Shown: one piece after another, positions 10,378 to 19,666 of the stretch
Position numbering within the stretch: position 1 is the first letter of the stretch
How the letters are laid out: each line of letters starts with the position of its first letter
Source: Psychrobacter cryohalolentis K5
GTDB taxonomy: Bacteria > Pseudomonadota > Gammaproteobacteria > Pseudomonadales > Moraxellaceae
Assembly: GCF_000013905.1 (NCBI RefSeq)
Contig: NC_007969.1
Coordinates: forward strand, 2,100,001-2,132,000
Reading direction: 5' to 3'
DNA length: 32,000 nt
The notes under the pieces: model-generated
What the model was told of the DNA's origin: nothing
What the model saw: the letters and a program-made list of their open reading frames with translations, nothing else
Databases searched by the model: none
Translations under genes and position numbers: made by a program

Positions 10378-10436
10378 GTAATCATAAATATAAAAAGCCA
10401 TAACTATTAGTTATGGCTTTTTATATTTATGATTAC
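10378..10436. terminator. 59-bp perfect palindrome (29-bp arms, 1-nt centre) with a terminator-like core downstream of lpxA
   Basis: I checked every pair by hand. gtaatcataaatataaaaagccataacta-t-tagttatggctttttatatttatgattac has all 29 positions complementary. The core aaaaagccataac...gttatggcttttt resembles the other A/T-flanked bidirectional terminators in this window. Confidence 0.65.
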
Positions 10437-10504
10437 TATTTATAACATTTAGTTTCGGTGGTAAAAACTATTTAAAATGAGCTACTGATGTATCAAAACA
10501 GAAT

Positions 10505-11284
10505 TTAGCGCACGACTCCGCGGCGACTTTTCTGTAGCGAATCGATTAAAAATTCGATTTTTGACTCTTTTGGCAGCAGATCTTGTTTCAATACTTCAAG
10601 TGCTTGCACTGTCGTTAAACCAGATCTGAATACCACACGATAAGCTTGACGCAGCACGTCGATGCTATCTTTAGACCAGCCTTTACGGCGCATACCTTCA
10701 ATATTAAGACCATGTGCCTTAGCAGGATTACCTGAAACCATGGTAAACGCCGCTACATCTTTTAAGACCAACGTTGCACCACCAACCAAACTATAATCAT
10801 CAATTGTACAAAACTGATGAATGCCTGAATTGCCACCGACAATAATATGATTGCCAATGGTAACGTGACCTGCGACGCCAACATTATTAGCCAATACATT
10901 ATGGTCGCCAATCAAGCAATCATGAGCCACATGAGTGTTAACCATGAGCAAGTTATGGTTGCCAATTTTTGTCAACCCACCATCTTGCTCAGTACCACGG
11001 TGCAAGCTACAGGCTTCTCGAATGGTATTATGATCACCAATCTCAAGCCAAGTACGCTCACCTGCGTATTTGAGGTCTTGCGGGTCTTCGCCAATGCTTG
11101 AAAATTGATAAAACTGATTGTATTCACCGATACGAGTCAATCTAGTGACGACCACGTGGCGATGCAATACAGTATGTGCACCAATAGTAACCTCATCACC
11201 GACAATACAGTAAGGGCCAATGGTTGCGGTTTTATCAATCGTAGCAGACGGTGAGATGAGTGCTGTGGGATGGATCTGACTCAT
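10505..11284 (-). CDS. lpxA: Acyl-ACP--UDP-N-acetylglucosamine O-acyltransferase
   Basis: MSQIHPTALISPSATIDKTATIGPYCIVG begins hexapeptide (LbH) repeats. The C-terminal helical domain reads GLNIEGMRRKGWSKDSIDVLRQAYRVVF. Position after fabZ fits. Confidence 0.93.
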   Translation of the reverse strand: MSQIHPTALISPSATIDKTATIGPYCIVGDEVTIGAHTVLHRHVVVTRLTRIGEYNQFYQFSSIGEDPQDLKYAGERTWLEIGDHNTIREACSLHRGTEQDGGLTKIGNHNLLMVNTHVAHDCLIGDHNVLANNVGVAGHVTIGNHIIVGGNSGIHQFCTIDDYSLVGGATLVLKDVAAFTMVSGNPAKAHGLNIEGMRRKGWSKDSIDVLRQAYRVVFRSGLTTVQALEVLKQDLLPKESKIEFLIDSLQKSRRGVVR

Positions 11285-11458
11285 AATAGAGGCCTTTGTA
11301 TCATCGAATGCAATTAAATTAGTAAAACAAATACAGACAGCTTAGTGAAATTAACTAGCCTAAAGCTGCCTTTGTTAAAAAATAAGATGATGCTATTAAA
11401 TAAGCATTCACATCATGGTTTAGATGTTTCATGCATTATTCAAAGTGACTAATGCGGT

Positions 11459-11968
11459 TTATTGCTCCTGACGGGCAATCATAATCTGAGCACTAACCGC
11501 AAGCTCATCTTCAACATGTACAGTACAATCAAACTTATACATACCCTGCTTTTGCATCACAATTTTAGAGCGGATAATCAGCTGATCACCAGGGATAACA
11601 CGGCGCTTAAAGCGCACTTTATCAACCCCTGCGAACAAGTATAAATAGCCATCTTCTGCCGTCAGTCCTGCACTAATAAAACCCAGAACACCTGATACCT
11701 GAGCCATGCACTCAACCATCAATACGCCTGGCATGATAGGCTCATCAGGGAAATGCCCATTAAAAAACTCTTCATTAATGGTGACGTTTTTTATGCCCGT
11801 AATACATTCGCCTGGTGTACAAGCAACTATCTTATCCACCAATAAAAATGGGTAACGATGTGGCAAATAATGCTTTAATGTATGATAAGTTAATGGCAAC
11901 GTTAACCCTTGTTCAGCCAAGCTTTTGATGTCTTCTGCCGTTGGGTTATCAATATTGCTAGTGCTCAT
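11459..11968 (-). CDS. fabZ: 3-hydroxyacyl-ACP dehydratase
   Basis: LPHRYPFLLVDKI...FFNGHFPDEPIMPGVLMVECMAQ are FabZ hot-dog motifs. The gene lies between lpxD and lpxA. Confidence 0.93.
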   Translation of the reverse strand: MSTSNIDNPTAEDIKSLAEQGLTLPLTYHTLKHYLPHRYPFLLVDKIVACTPGECITGIKNVTINEEFFNGHFPDEPIMPGVLMVECMAQVSGVLGFISAGLTAEDGYLYLFAGVDKVRFKRRVIPGDQLIIRSKIVMQKQGMYKFDCTVHVEDELAVSAQIMIARQEQ

Positions 11969-12080
11969 AGTAGCGCTTCCTTGCTGTATTTAAAGTCTTG
12001 CTTGAGAGTAAAGCTTTGCTGAGTTTTAATATTATAAATAATCTAAGTATCAATTTTCTTTAACTATGAATCTTTAAACG

Positions 12081-13097
12081 CTAATCACGACCAAGCTGGC
12101 GAAAACGGACAGCCGCACGGCGCCAGTTAGCAGTTGGCATAGCAGCCGTGCCAGAAGAGTAAGATCCGGCAGTGGTGATTGACTTAGTGACCATAGTCAT
12201 ACCCGATAAGGTAACATCATCTGTGATATCAATATGTCCGGTAATACCGACCGCCCCGCCAATAATGCAGCGTTTGCCAATTGTAGTACTACCTGCAATA
12301 CCTGTATGAGCAGCGATAGCCGTACCATCACCAATACGGACGTTGTGTGCTACTTGTACGAGGTTATCAATAATAACATGATTTCCAATCACCGTATCAT
12401 CGATGGCACCGCGATCTATACAGGTTTGACTGCCAATGCGTACATGATCACCTATCAGCACACGCCCTAACTGTGCAATACGCTCCCAACCTGTGACACT
12501 AGGATTGGCAGTGGGTGCAAAGCCAAAGCCTTCCGAGCCTATCGTCACCCCAGCGTGCAACCTAACATGACTACCAATAATACAGTCATGTCCTATCACC
12601 ACTTGTGATTTGATAACACCATCTGTACCAATGGTAGTATTATCCTCGATGACTACATGAGCCTCAAGCACGCTGCGATCACCAATCTGCACTTGCTCAC
12701 CGATGACACAAAAAGCGCCGATAGTCACTTTATTGCCAATAACGGCACTGTCGGCGATGAAGGCTGTCGGATGAATACCGCTAAATGAATGTTGGCGAGC
12801 AAAAATTTGACTCACACTAGCATAAGCCAAATAAGGGACAGCAACAATTAAAGCTACCGTATCATTTGGCACTTCTTCATGATGCTCTTCAGTGATGAGT
12901 ACTGCCCCAGCATCAGTATTAGCTAGACTAGAAAGATAGTGAGGATTGGCCAAAAAGCTCAACTGCTGCCGATTAGCCATCGTTAAATTACCAATACCCT
13001 CTAAGGATAGACGGCGCTGCTCAGCGCTAAGCTCAGCCTTGTTAAGAACAGGCTGACGCTGCTCAATCTGGGAGATGAGTTGCTCAATCGTTATCAT
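12081..13097 (-). CDS. lpxD: UDP-3-O-acylglucosamine N-acyltransferase
   Basis: Long hexapeptide-repeat region plus the typical N-terminal domain (MITIEQLISQIE...). The ORF-track start at 13136 is a TTG buried in a strong hairpin, so the ATG at 13097 is preferred. Confidence 0.9.
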   Translation of the reverse strand: MITIEQLISQIEQRQPVLNKAELSAEQRRLSLEGIGNLTMANRQQLSFLANPHYLSSLANTDAGAVLITEEHHEEVPNDTVALIVAVPYLAYASVSQIFARQHSFSGIHPTAFIADSAVIGNKVTIGAFCVIGEQVQIGDRSVLEAHVVIEDNTTIGTDGVIKSQVVIGHDCIIGSHVRLHAGVTIGSEGFGFAPTANPSVTGWERIAQLGRVLIGDHVRIGSQTCIDRGAIDDTVIGNHVIIDNLVQVAHNVRIGDGTAIAAHTGIAGSTTIGKRCIIGGAVGITGHIDITDDVTLSGMTMVTKSITTAGSYSSGTAAMPTANWRRAAVRFRQLGRD

Positions 13098-13127
13098 AAT
13101 CAGTATTAGTATTGGCAGGAATGAGAG

Positions 13128-13159
13128 GGTCGTCAAGTTGAGATATCATCTTGACGACC
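13128..13159 (-). other. Strong stem-loop in the bamA-lpxD spacer
   Basis: ggtcgtcaag (13128-13137) pairs with cttgacgacc (13150-13159). This is a perfect 10-bp stem around a loop containing GATATC. No U-tract follows on the transcribed (minus) strand. Confidence 0.6.
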
Positions 13160-13247
13160 GGCTAAATCTAACGAACGCTTCAATTACCTAAAGGGCTGAA
13201 TAACAAGAATCAAACCCTTTACCTAATAACATGTAAGTAGCAAGCGC

Positions 13248-15671
13248 TTAGAAAGTGTTACCAATTTGGAACTGGACTTTTTCAGTCTCATCGCCTTCTT
13301 TGTCACCGATAGGTACAGCATAGCTCAAAGAAATCGGACCAATTGGCGTATACCAAGTGACGCCTAAACCGGCACTAAAGCGCAATTTATTGTCCTGTGT
13401 TAATAGGGGTACACCAGTATCGTCGCCCGTAGCTGGATCAATAAAGGTGCGATTTTCTTTGTCAGTGGTATCAAATACCTGACCACCTTCAGCAAATAGT
13501 ACTGGACGTACTTGATCCGCCCAATCGCCTTTAAATGGCATTGGTAAAATCAATTCAGTACCAAAGCTGACTAGCGCATTACCACCAACTTCTTCGTCTT
13601 TAAAACGCACATCATCATTTATCGCATCATTGTAGCTTTGTGATTTAGGTCCAAGCGTTGATGCTTCATAACCACGTACTGAACCATAACCACCAGCATA
13701 GAAGTTTTCATAAAACGGTAAATTGTTACCATAACCAAGCTTGGTATAACCGCGAGCAACCCAATCTTTATAGATAGGTTGATAAATGTTACCACGATAA
13801 ACCAGTTTCTGATAACTGGCATCACCTAAGCCAATAGTCGCATCGACTGTATGACTCATGCCTTTATTCGGAAATACGGGACGATCTAAAGTGCTGTAAT
13901 CCCAACCGAATAGTAAGTTGTAGCTTTGATATTCGTTTTTAAAGCCCGTACGACCAGAGAATTCATCTTGATCATTATTGAATTTCTCGAACGTACCACC
14001 GTCATCTATAATCTGCTGAACGCTTGATACACCTAGACGGCTACCGCCACGTACTGTGGTGTTATCAACGTTTAAGCCCGCACTCACACGTTTGGTTTCA
14101 TCAACCGGATAGCTATAGTTCAACGTTGCACCATAAGCGTCGGTAACATAGTTACTAACGTTTCGATCATCGTATTTGGTTTCACGGTAATAAGCGCTGA
14201 TACCTTGTGATACACCATTTTCTGTGAAATACGGATCGGTATATCCCAAGCTATAAGAATCACGTGTCTCTGAGCGTGACAAAGAAGCTTTAACGCGGTC
14301 ACCAGTACCCATAAAGTTATTTTGGGTAAGATCTAACTGGAAGGTAACACCGCCACTTTGTGAATAACCGGCAGCAATGGTTGAGCTACCAGATGGCTGC
14401 TCTTCAACCGTATAGTTTACATCGACTTGGTCTGGTTGATTAGGAACCGGCTTCACATCAACGTTAACATTTTTAAAAAATCCTGTGCGCATCAAACGCG
14501 TACGTGACAGCTGAATCTTATCACTAGAAGCCAATGACCCTTCCAACTGACGCATTTCACGGCGCAATACTTCATCTTGGGTTTTTAAGTTACCAGTAAA
14601 ATTGATACGGCGCACATAAATAGGACGTGCAGGATCAATATAATAATCGATATCGACTACTTTGGTCTCATCATTGATACGGGGTACTGGTCTGATTTGC
14701 GCTAAATAATAACCCTCATTACCATAACGACTCTTAAGAGCGGCAGTGGTGGCATCAAGCTTGGCTTGTGAGTACTTTTCTTTAGCACCAAAAGTGACCA
14801 GCTCTTTTAATTTACTGGTTTCAAAAGTTGGCTTACCTAAGAAATTAATTTCGCCAAACTGATATTGCTCGCCTTCGCTAAGACTGACTTCGATAAATAC
14901 ACTGCTCTTATCTTCACTGATATTGAGCACCGCATTGTCTACCGAAAAGCGTACATAACCATCATTTAGGTACAGGGCTTTTAAATTTTCTAAACTTGCC
15001 GCGAGCTTCTCTTTCGCATAACGATCAGATTTAGATAATAGACGCGTCCACGAGGACTCTTTTACTGCAAAGACTTCTTTAATTTCTTTATCACTAAAGT
15101 GCTTATTACCAATGATATTGATATCAACTACTTTGGCCGGCTTGCCTTCGATAAAGCGCACATCAAGTTTGACGCGGTTGCCATCAAGCAGCGTCTGATC
15201 GACTTCAATATTACTATTGTAATAACCTTGGCTGATATATTGCTGTTGTAGCTCGTTTGCAACGCCTTGTAGGGTTGCTTGCTTAAGCACATTACCCACA
15301 TCAAGACCTGCATTATTTAAGCCTTGCTCAAGCCCTTCTTTGGGAATAAGTTTGTTGCCATCAAAATTAACTTCTGCAATCGTCGGACGTTCAACGACAT
15401 CAAAGCGCAGCTTGCCGCCTTCGATACGGCTTTGAATGTCAGCAAAGTTTTCGGTGGCATATAGTGCTTTGATACTGGCAGCCAGATTTGCATCATTGAC
15501 CGTATCACCTATTGTAATAGGCAGTACTGGATATAAACTATCAGGTGTTAGGCGTTGTAGACCATTAAAGCCAATATCAGTGACCACAAATTCTGCAGCC
15601 TGAACCGGCATACTCATCATTGCTACAACTAACGGCAACCCAGCCGCGCTCATAAATAAAGGCGTACGCAT
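13248..15671 (-). CDS. bamA: Outer membrane protein assembly factor BamA
   Basis: Signal peptide, POTRA repeats (VTDIGFNGLQRLTPDSL..., VDINIIGNKHFSDKEI..., INFLGKPTFETSKL..., INFTGNLKTQDEVLRREM), a C-terminal Omp85 barrel, and a terminal aromatic (...QFQIGNTF). The ATG at 15671 lies 2 codons inside the GTG listed at 15677. Confidence 0.93.
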   Translation of the reverse strand: MRTPLFMSAAGLPLVVAMMSMPVQAAEFVVTDIGFNGLQRLTPDSLYPVLPITIGDTVNDANLAASIKALYATENFADIQSRIEGGKLRFDVVERPTIAEVNFDGNKLIPKEGLEQGLNNAGLDVGNVLKQATLQGVANELQQQYISQGYYNSNIEVDQTLLDGNRVKLDVRFIEGKPAKVVDINIIGNKHFSDKEIKEVFAVKESSWTRLLSKSDRYAKEKLAASLENLKALYLNDGYVRFSVDNAVLNISEDKSSVFIEVSLSEGEQYQFGEINFLGKPTFETSKLKELVTFGAKEKYSQAKLDATTAALKSRYGNEGYYLAQIRPVPRINDETKVVDIDYYIDPARPIYVRRINFTGNLKTQDEVLRREMRQLEGSLASSDKIQLSRTRLMRTGFFKNVNVDVKPVPNQPDQVDVNYTVEEQPSGSSTIAAGYSQSGGVTFQLDLTQNNFMGTGDRVKASLSRSETRDSYSLGYTDPYFTENGVSQGISAYYRETKYDDRNVSNYVTDAYGATLNYSYPVDETKRVSAGLNVDNTTVRGGSRLGVSSVQQIIDDGGTFEKFNNDQDEFSGRTGFKNEYQSYNLLFGWDYSTLDRPVFPNKGMSHTVDATIGLGDASYQKLVYRGNIYQPIYKDWVARGYTKLGYGNNLPFYENFYAGGYGSVRGYEASTLGPKSQSYNDAINDDVRFKDEEVGGNALVSFGTELILPMPFKGDWADQVRPVLFAEGGQVFDTTDKENRTFIDPATGDDTGVPLLTQDNKLRFSAGLGVTWYTPIGPISLSYAVPIGDKEGDETEKVQFQIGNTF

Positions 15672-15934
15672 AAACACTATCCGTCAATAAAAAACTTGCT
15701 TAAGTTAAGTTGAAAAGCACATCTTATCTGGTCTCTTTTGTGTCATATCGTAAACACTTAGGGAACAGACTCAGAACACTTTATATAAAACGCGTCATAA
15801 AATAAACTAAAATATAAAATTAGTACAGCAGCACGGCGATAAAAGAAATTGCTTATTAGCCTAACAATAGATACAGGATAAGCATAAAACCATTAGTCTA
15901 TCGCATCTTACCGTGCAAGAAGTATGCTATATCA

Positions 15935-17308
15935 TCAAAACAGCCGACTGATATCATTACCAATTGCTAACACCATGAAACCTGCCAGCAAGAGTAAACC
16001 AATATTTAAGCCTACCATTTGCACGCCTTCAGAGAGTGGCTTACCACGTATCAGCTCAATCAGATAATAGACAATATGACCGCCATCTAATACTGGAATG
16101 GGCAACAAATTCAAAACCGCAAGGCTCAAACTGATTAAGGCTGCGGTAGATAATACCATTTGCCAACTGATATCAAAACTTTGCTTAGCGACTTTTGCGA
16201 TGGTAATCGGACCTGATAAGTTATCAAGACCTATCATACCTGATAGCATCTTGCCCATTGAGCTGACAGTCATAACAGCCAATTGCTCAGTTTTCTCAAA
16301 CGATTTGATTAACGACTCAGCTGGACCATAGACCACCGTAGTTTTGTACGCATCAGGAATGACAATCTCAGACTGTGCCACCATAGCACCAATTTGTCCA
16401 TAATCGTTACCTAAATTGTCTTTTTTACCTTGCGGCATAATCTGTAATTCAATCGGCTTATCATTACGTAACACGCTAAATGTAAGCAAAGTCTCAGGAT
16501 TGTCACGGATAATACGAGTGGCGCTAATCCAGTCATTAATGGCTTCATCATTGATAGCAGTGATGCGGTCGCCAGCCTTGAGACCTTGACGACTTGCCGC
16601 GCCATCAGGCGTTACATCACCGACTATCGGTGCAATATTTGGTTGCCACGGTATCATACCAAAGCTTGATAAGGCATCTTTACCTTGTGCGGCACCTTGC
16701 ATAAATTCTTTTACAGGTGCTTGATAAGTTTTGGTTGCATTATTATTGGCTTCTGATTGCAACGTCACGCTTATATTGGCTGTCTCGCCCATGCGCCCAG
16801 CAAGGCGATAATTAATCCCTTCCCACGTCTGTACGTCATGACCGTCAATCGCAACGATTTTATCACCGGCAGGCAACTGTGCTATCGCGGCAGGCGTATC
16901 CGGCAATACTTGACCAATCTTGGTGGCAAGCTGCTCTGAGGGAGTCATAAATAACACCCAGAACAATGCAATGGCAATAACGAAGTTCATGATAGGACCA
17001 GCAGCCACAATAGCTATTTTCTTAAGCGGATGCTGACGATTAAATGCTAAATGCTGCTCATCTTTTGCCACCTCACCTTCACGCTCATCAAGCATTTTGA
17101 CATATCCACCAAGGGGTAATGCCGAGATACGATAATCAATGCCACTTTTTTTGCTGGTCCAGCCAAAAAGCTTAGGACCAAAACCAATAGAATATGTGAG
17201 CACTCTAACGCCGCAAAGACGCGCTACAATATAATGACCCCACTCATGCAAAGCAATAAGCGGACCTAAGACAAATATTGCCGCAAGGAGTGTTAATAGA
17301 AACGTCAT
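15935..17308 (-). CDS. rseP: RIP zinc metalloprotease RseP
   Basis: HEWGHYIVAR (HExxH) in the first TM helix, two PDZ-like segments (GDKIVAIDG..., GDRITAINDE...), and LNLLPIPVLDGGH near the C-terminus. Confidence 0.9.
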   Translation of the reverse strand: MTFLLTLLAAIFVLGPLIALHEWGHYIVARLCGVRVLTYSIGFGPKLFGWTSKKSGIDYRISALPLGGYVKMLDEREGEVAKDEQHLAFNRQHPLKKIAIVAAGPIMNFVIAIALFWVLFMTPSEQLATKIGQVLPDTPAAIAQLPAGDKIVAIDGHDVQTWEGINYRLAGRMGETANISVTLQSEANNNATKTYQAPVKEFMQGAAQGKDALSSFGMIPWQPNIAPIVGDVTPDGAASRQGLKAGDRITAINDEAINDWISATRIIRDNPETLLTFSVLRNDKPIELQIMPQGKKDNLGNDYGQIGAMVAQSEIVIPDAYKTTVVYGPAESLIKSFEKTEQLAVMTVSSMGKMLSGMIGLDNLSGPITIAKVAKQSFDISWQMVLSTAALISLSLAVLNLLPIPVLDGGHIVYYLIELIRGKPLSEGVQMVGLNIGLLLLAGFMVLAIGNDISRLF

Positions 17309-17366
17309 GATCTTTTCTCAGTAGGTACTCTTAACATCATTATAAAGGCGATAGCACTTGATACAT

Positions 17367-18575
17367 CTAAACCAATCTTGCCACCAGCTTCTCAGTATGC
17401 TGACGCGCTAGGTTATCGATTGCTAAAATCTCATCAATATCAGCCGTCTCAGTTAATGCCGACACTTGTATCTCATTCAATGCTTGCTCATTAATATCAG
17501 CAATATCCGTCAGACGAATTTGATTATTCAAAAATGCCGATACTGCAATCTCATTCGCCGCATTTAGAATGATGGTCGCGTGAGTACCCGTTTGCATCGC
17601 CTCTCGTGCCAGACGTAAGCAGGCAAATTTTTGCAAATCAGGCTCGATAAACTCTAAACCACTTAATGCAAATAAGTCTAATGGCTGCGAGCCACTGTCA
17701 ATACGGTCAGGGTAGCTTAGCGCATGAGCGATGGGCGTTTTCATATCTGGGCTGCCAAGCTGCGCCAAAAAGCTGCCGTCGCTATATTCTACCATTGAGT
17801 GAATGATACTTTGTGGATGAATCACCACATTTATCTTATTTTCAGGCAAATCAAATAAATGACAGGCTTCAATCAGCTCAAGCCCCTTGTTCATCATCGT
17901 GGCAGAATCGACAGATATCTTTTGTCCCATCGACCAGTTTGGGTGTTTGACCGCTTCAGCGACACTAGCTTGCTGCATCTGCGTAAATGACTGCTGTAAG
18001 AACGGTCCACCAGAAGCGGTTAGCCATAGCTTACGCACGCCATGATTTAGTCGGTGAATTTGGGTATTATCCTGCTGAATGGCAAATGGTAAACACTGAA
18101 AGATAGCGTTATGTTCAGAATCAAGCGGCAGCAAAGTTGCATGATGCGTTTTGACCGCATTGATCATCACTTGCCCTGCCATCACCAGCGCTTCTTTGTT
18201 CGCTAGTAAGATACGCTTGCCTGCACGGGCAGCAGCTAGAGTAGAAGGCAAGCCTGCGGCGCCAACAATAGCAGCAACGACAGTATCAGTTTGTGAATCG
18301 GTAGCGATATCTACGAGGCCTGTTTCGCCACCGACTACTTCGATATCAAGTCCTGCCTCGCTAAGACGCTTGGCAAACTCATCAACCGCAGCTGTCGGTA
18401 CGCCTACCCGCTTAGGAGCAAACTGCTGACAAAGCGCAAGCAGCTTATCTAAACGGTGATATCCAGATAAGGCATAAACATCGTAATGCTGTGGTTGTGC
18501 CGCCAAGATGGCTAACGTACTGTCGCCAATCGAGCCTGTCGCGCCTAATACGGCGATACGTTGGGTCATAACCAT
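17367..18575 (-). CDS. dxr: 1-deoxy-D-xylulose 5-phosphate reductoisomerase
   Basis: IAVLGATGSIGDSTL NADPH-binding motif, LANKEALV, DSEHNAIFQCL and NKGLELIEA. The start could be the ATG at 18575 or at 18569. Confidence 0.93.
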   Translation of the reverse strand: MVMTQRIAVLGATGSIGDSTLAILAAQPQHYDVYALSGYHRLDKLLALCQQFAPKRVGVPTAAVDEFAKRLSEAGLDIEVVGGETGLVDIATDSQTDTVVAAIVGAAGLPSTLAAARAGKRILLANKEALVMAGQVMINAVKTHHATLLPLDSEHNAIFQCLPFAIQQDNTQIHRLNHGVRKLWLTASGGPFLQQSFTQMQQASVAEAVKHPNWSMGQKISVDSATMMNKGLELIEACHLFDLPENKINVVIHPQSIIHSMVEYSDGSFLAQLGSPDMKTPIAHALSYPDRIDSGSQPLDLFALSGLEFIEPDLQKFACLRLAREAMQTGTHATIILNAANEIAVSAFLNNQIRLTDIADINEQALNEIQVSALTETADIDEILAIDNLARQHTEKLVARLV

Positions 18576-18681
18576 GGGTGCCTATAAATGATACGGTAGT
18601 AATAAGATGAAAATTAAATGAGCAGCTAAGCTTATGTTCTGTCAGATAACTACATAAGCGATTTTGATCGTATTAGGCAAG

Positions 18682-19491
18682 TCAAACGACTATCAAACCA
18701 AACTGCTGTATTGCCCAAAAACCAAGCGCAAATATCGGCGTAGCAGATAGCAGTGAATCAATACGGTCAAGTATTCCACCATGGCCCGGTAGAATCGTTC
18801 CTGAATCTTTAACATCAGCACGGCGTTTGAGCATAGACTCAAACAAATCGCCCAGTACGGAAGCTAAAATCGTCAGAGCCGATAATGCCACAAAGGCGAG
18901 GAGCGCTGCACCCGTCAATTGTAATTTAAAGACACTTATAATTACTACGACCAGTAGTCCTGTGACTAAGCCCCCCGCCAGCCCTTCCATACTCTTATTG
19001 GGTGAAACGTTCGGTGCCATTTTTCGGCGCCCAAGCTTGCGTCCGACAAAGTAAGCACCACTGTCTGCACACCAGACCAATAAAAACACATATAGTAGCC
19101 ACCATGGCGACAATTGCCATAAGTAAAACATAGCCGTAATTGAAGCCGTTAATATCACTGCTCCCATTAGTGCCAACTGCTTACCGTACCATTTGGTAGA
19201 CGTTGGGAAAACTCGTACCCAAGACAGCGCCATTAACCATATGACGAGAGAAGCTGCCCACCAAAAAAGCCACGTGACTTTAAACATGAGTGACACTAAG
19301 GTCAGCAGCAACACCAATACTACGAAGACCGCAGGCTGACGCCACTTTGGCATCAATTTAGTCCATTCATGGGCGGCAATAATCACCCCAATCCCTAAAA
19401 GTGGTGCAAATAATATAGGGGTTTGGCTCGCAAACATTGCAATACCAACGATAATAACGAGAACAATTGCCGTCTTAATTCGTTGCCACAT
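18682..19491 (-). CDS. cdsA: Phosphatidate cytidylyltransferase
   Basis: Polytopic membrane protein with the CDS signature SMLKRRADVKDSGTILPGHGGILDRIDS near the C-terminus. Confidence 0.9.
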   Translation of the reverse strand: MWQRIKTAIVLVIIVGIAMFASQTPILFAPLLGIGVIIAAHEWTKLMPKWRQPAVFVVLVLLLTLVSLMFKVTWLFWWAASLVIWLMALSWVRVFPTSTKWYGKQLALMGAVILTASITAMFYLWQLSPWWLLYVFLLVWCADSGAYFVGRKLGRRKMAPNVSPNKSMEGLAGGLVTGLLVVVIISVFKLQLTGAALLAFVALSALTILASVLGDLFESMLKRRADVKDSGTILPGHGGILDRIDSLLSATPIFALGFWAIQQFGLIVV

Positions 19492-19666
19492 ACTTATTGA
19501 GCCTTATAATAATGAAGAACATTTGGTCAAATTGCGCGATAAATATTTACTATAGATAATGACGTATCATAGCCAGCTGCTGACTATAATAGCGTATTGA
19601 TAGTGACGCACGCTATTGAAAGTGCTCCAAATTGACAAAAGTCGTCTAATGCTCTTAACATGACCT

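Noticed and set aside
10378-10436. The 59-bp palindrome as a MITE or abutted terminal inverted repeats (a transposon footprint)
   Set aside because: There is no flanking target-site duplication (left flank ...agtcaa, right flank tattta...). No second copy of the arm occurs in the window, and there is no transposase. Its core resembles the other A/T-flanked terminators here.
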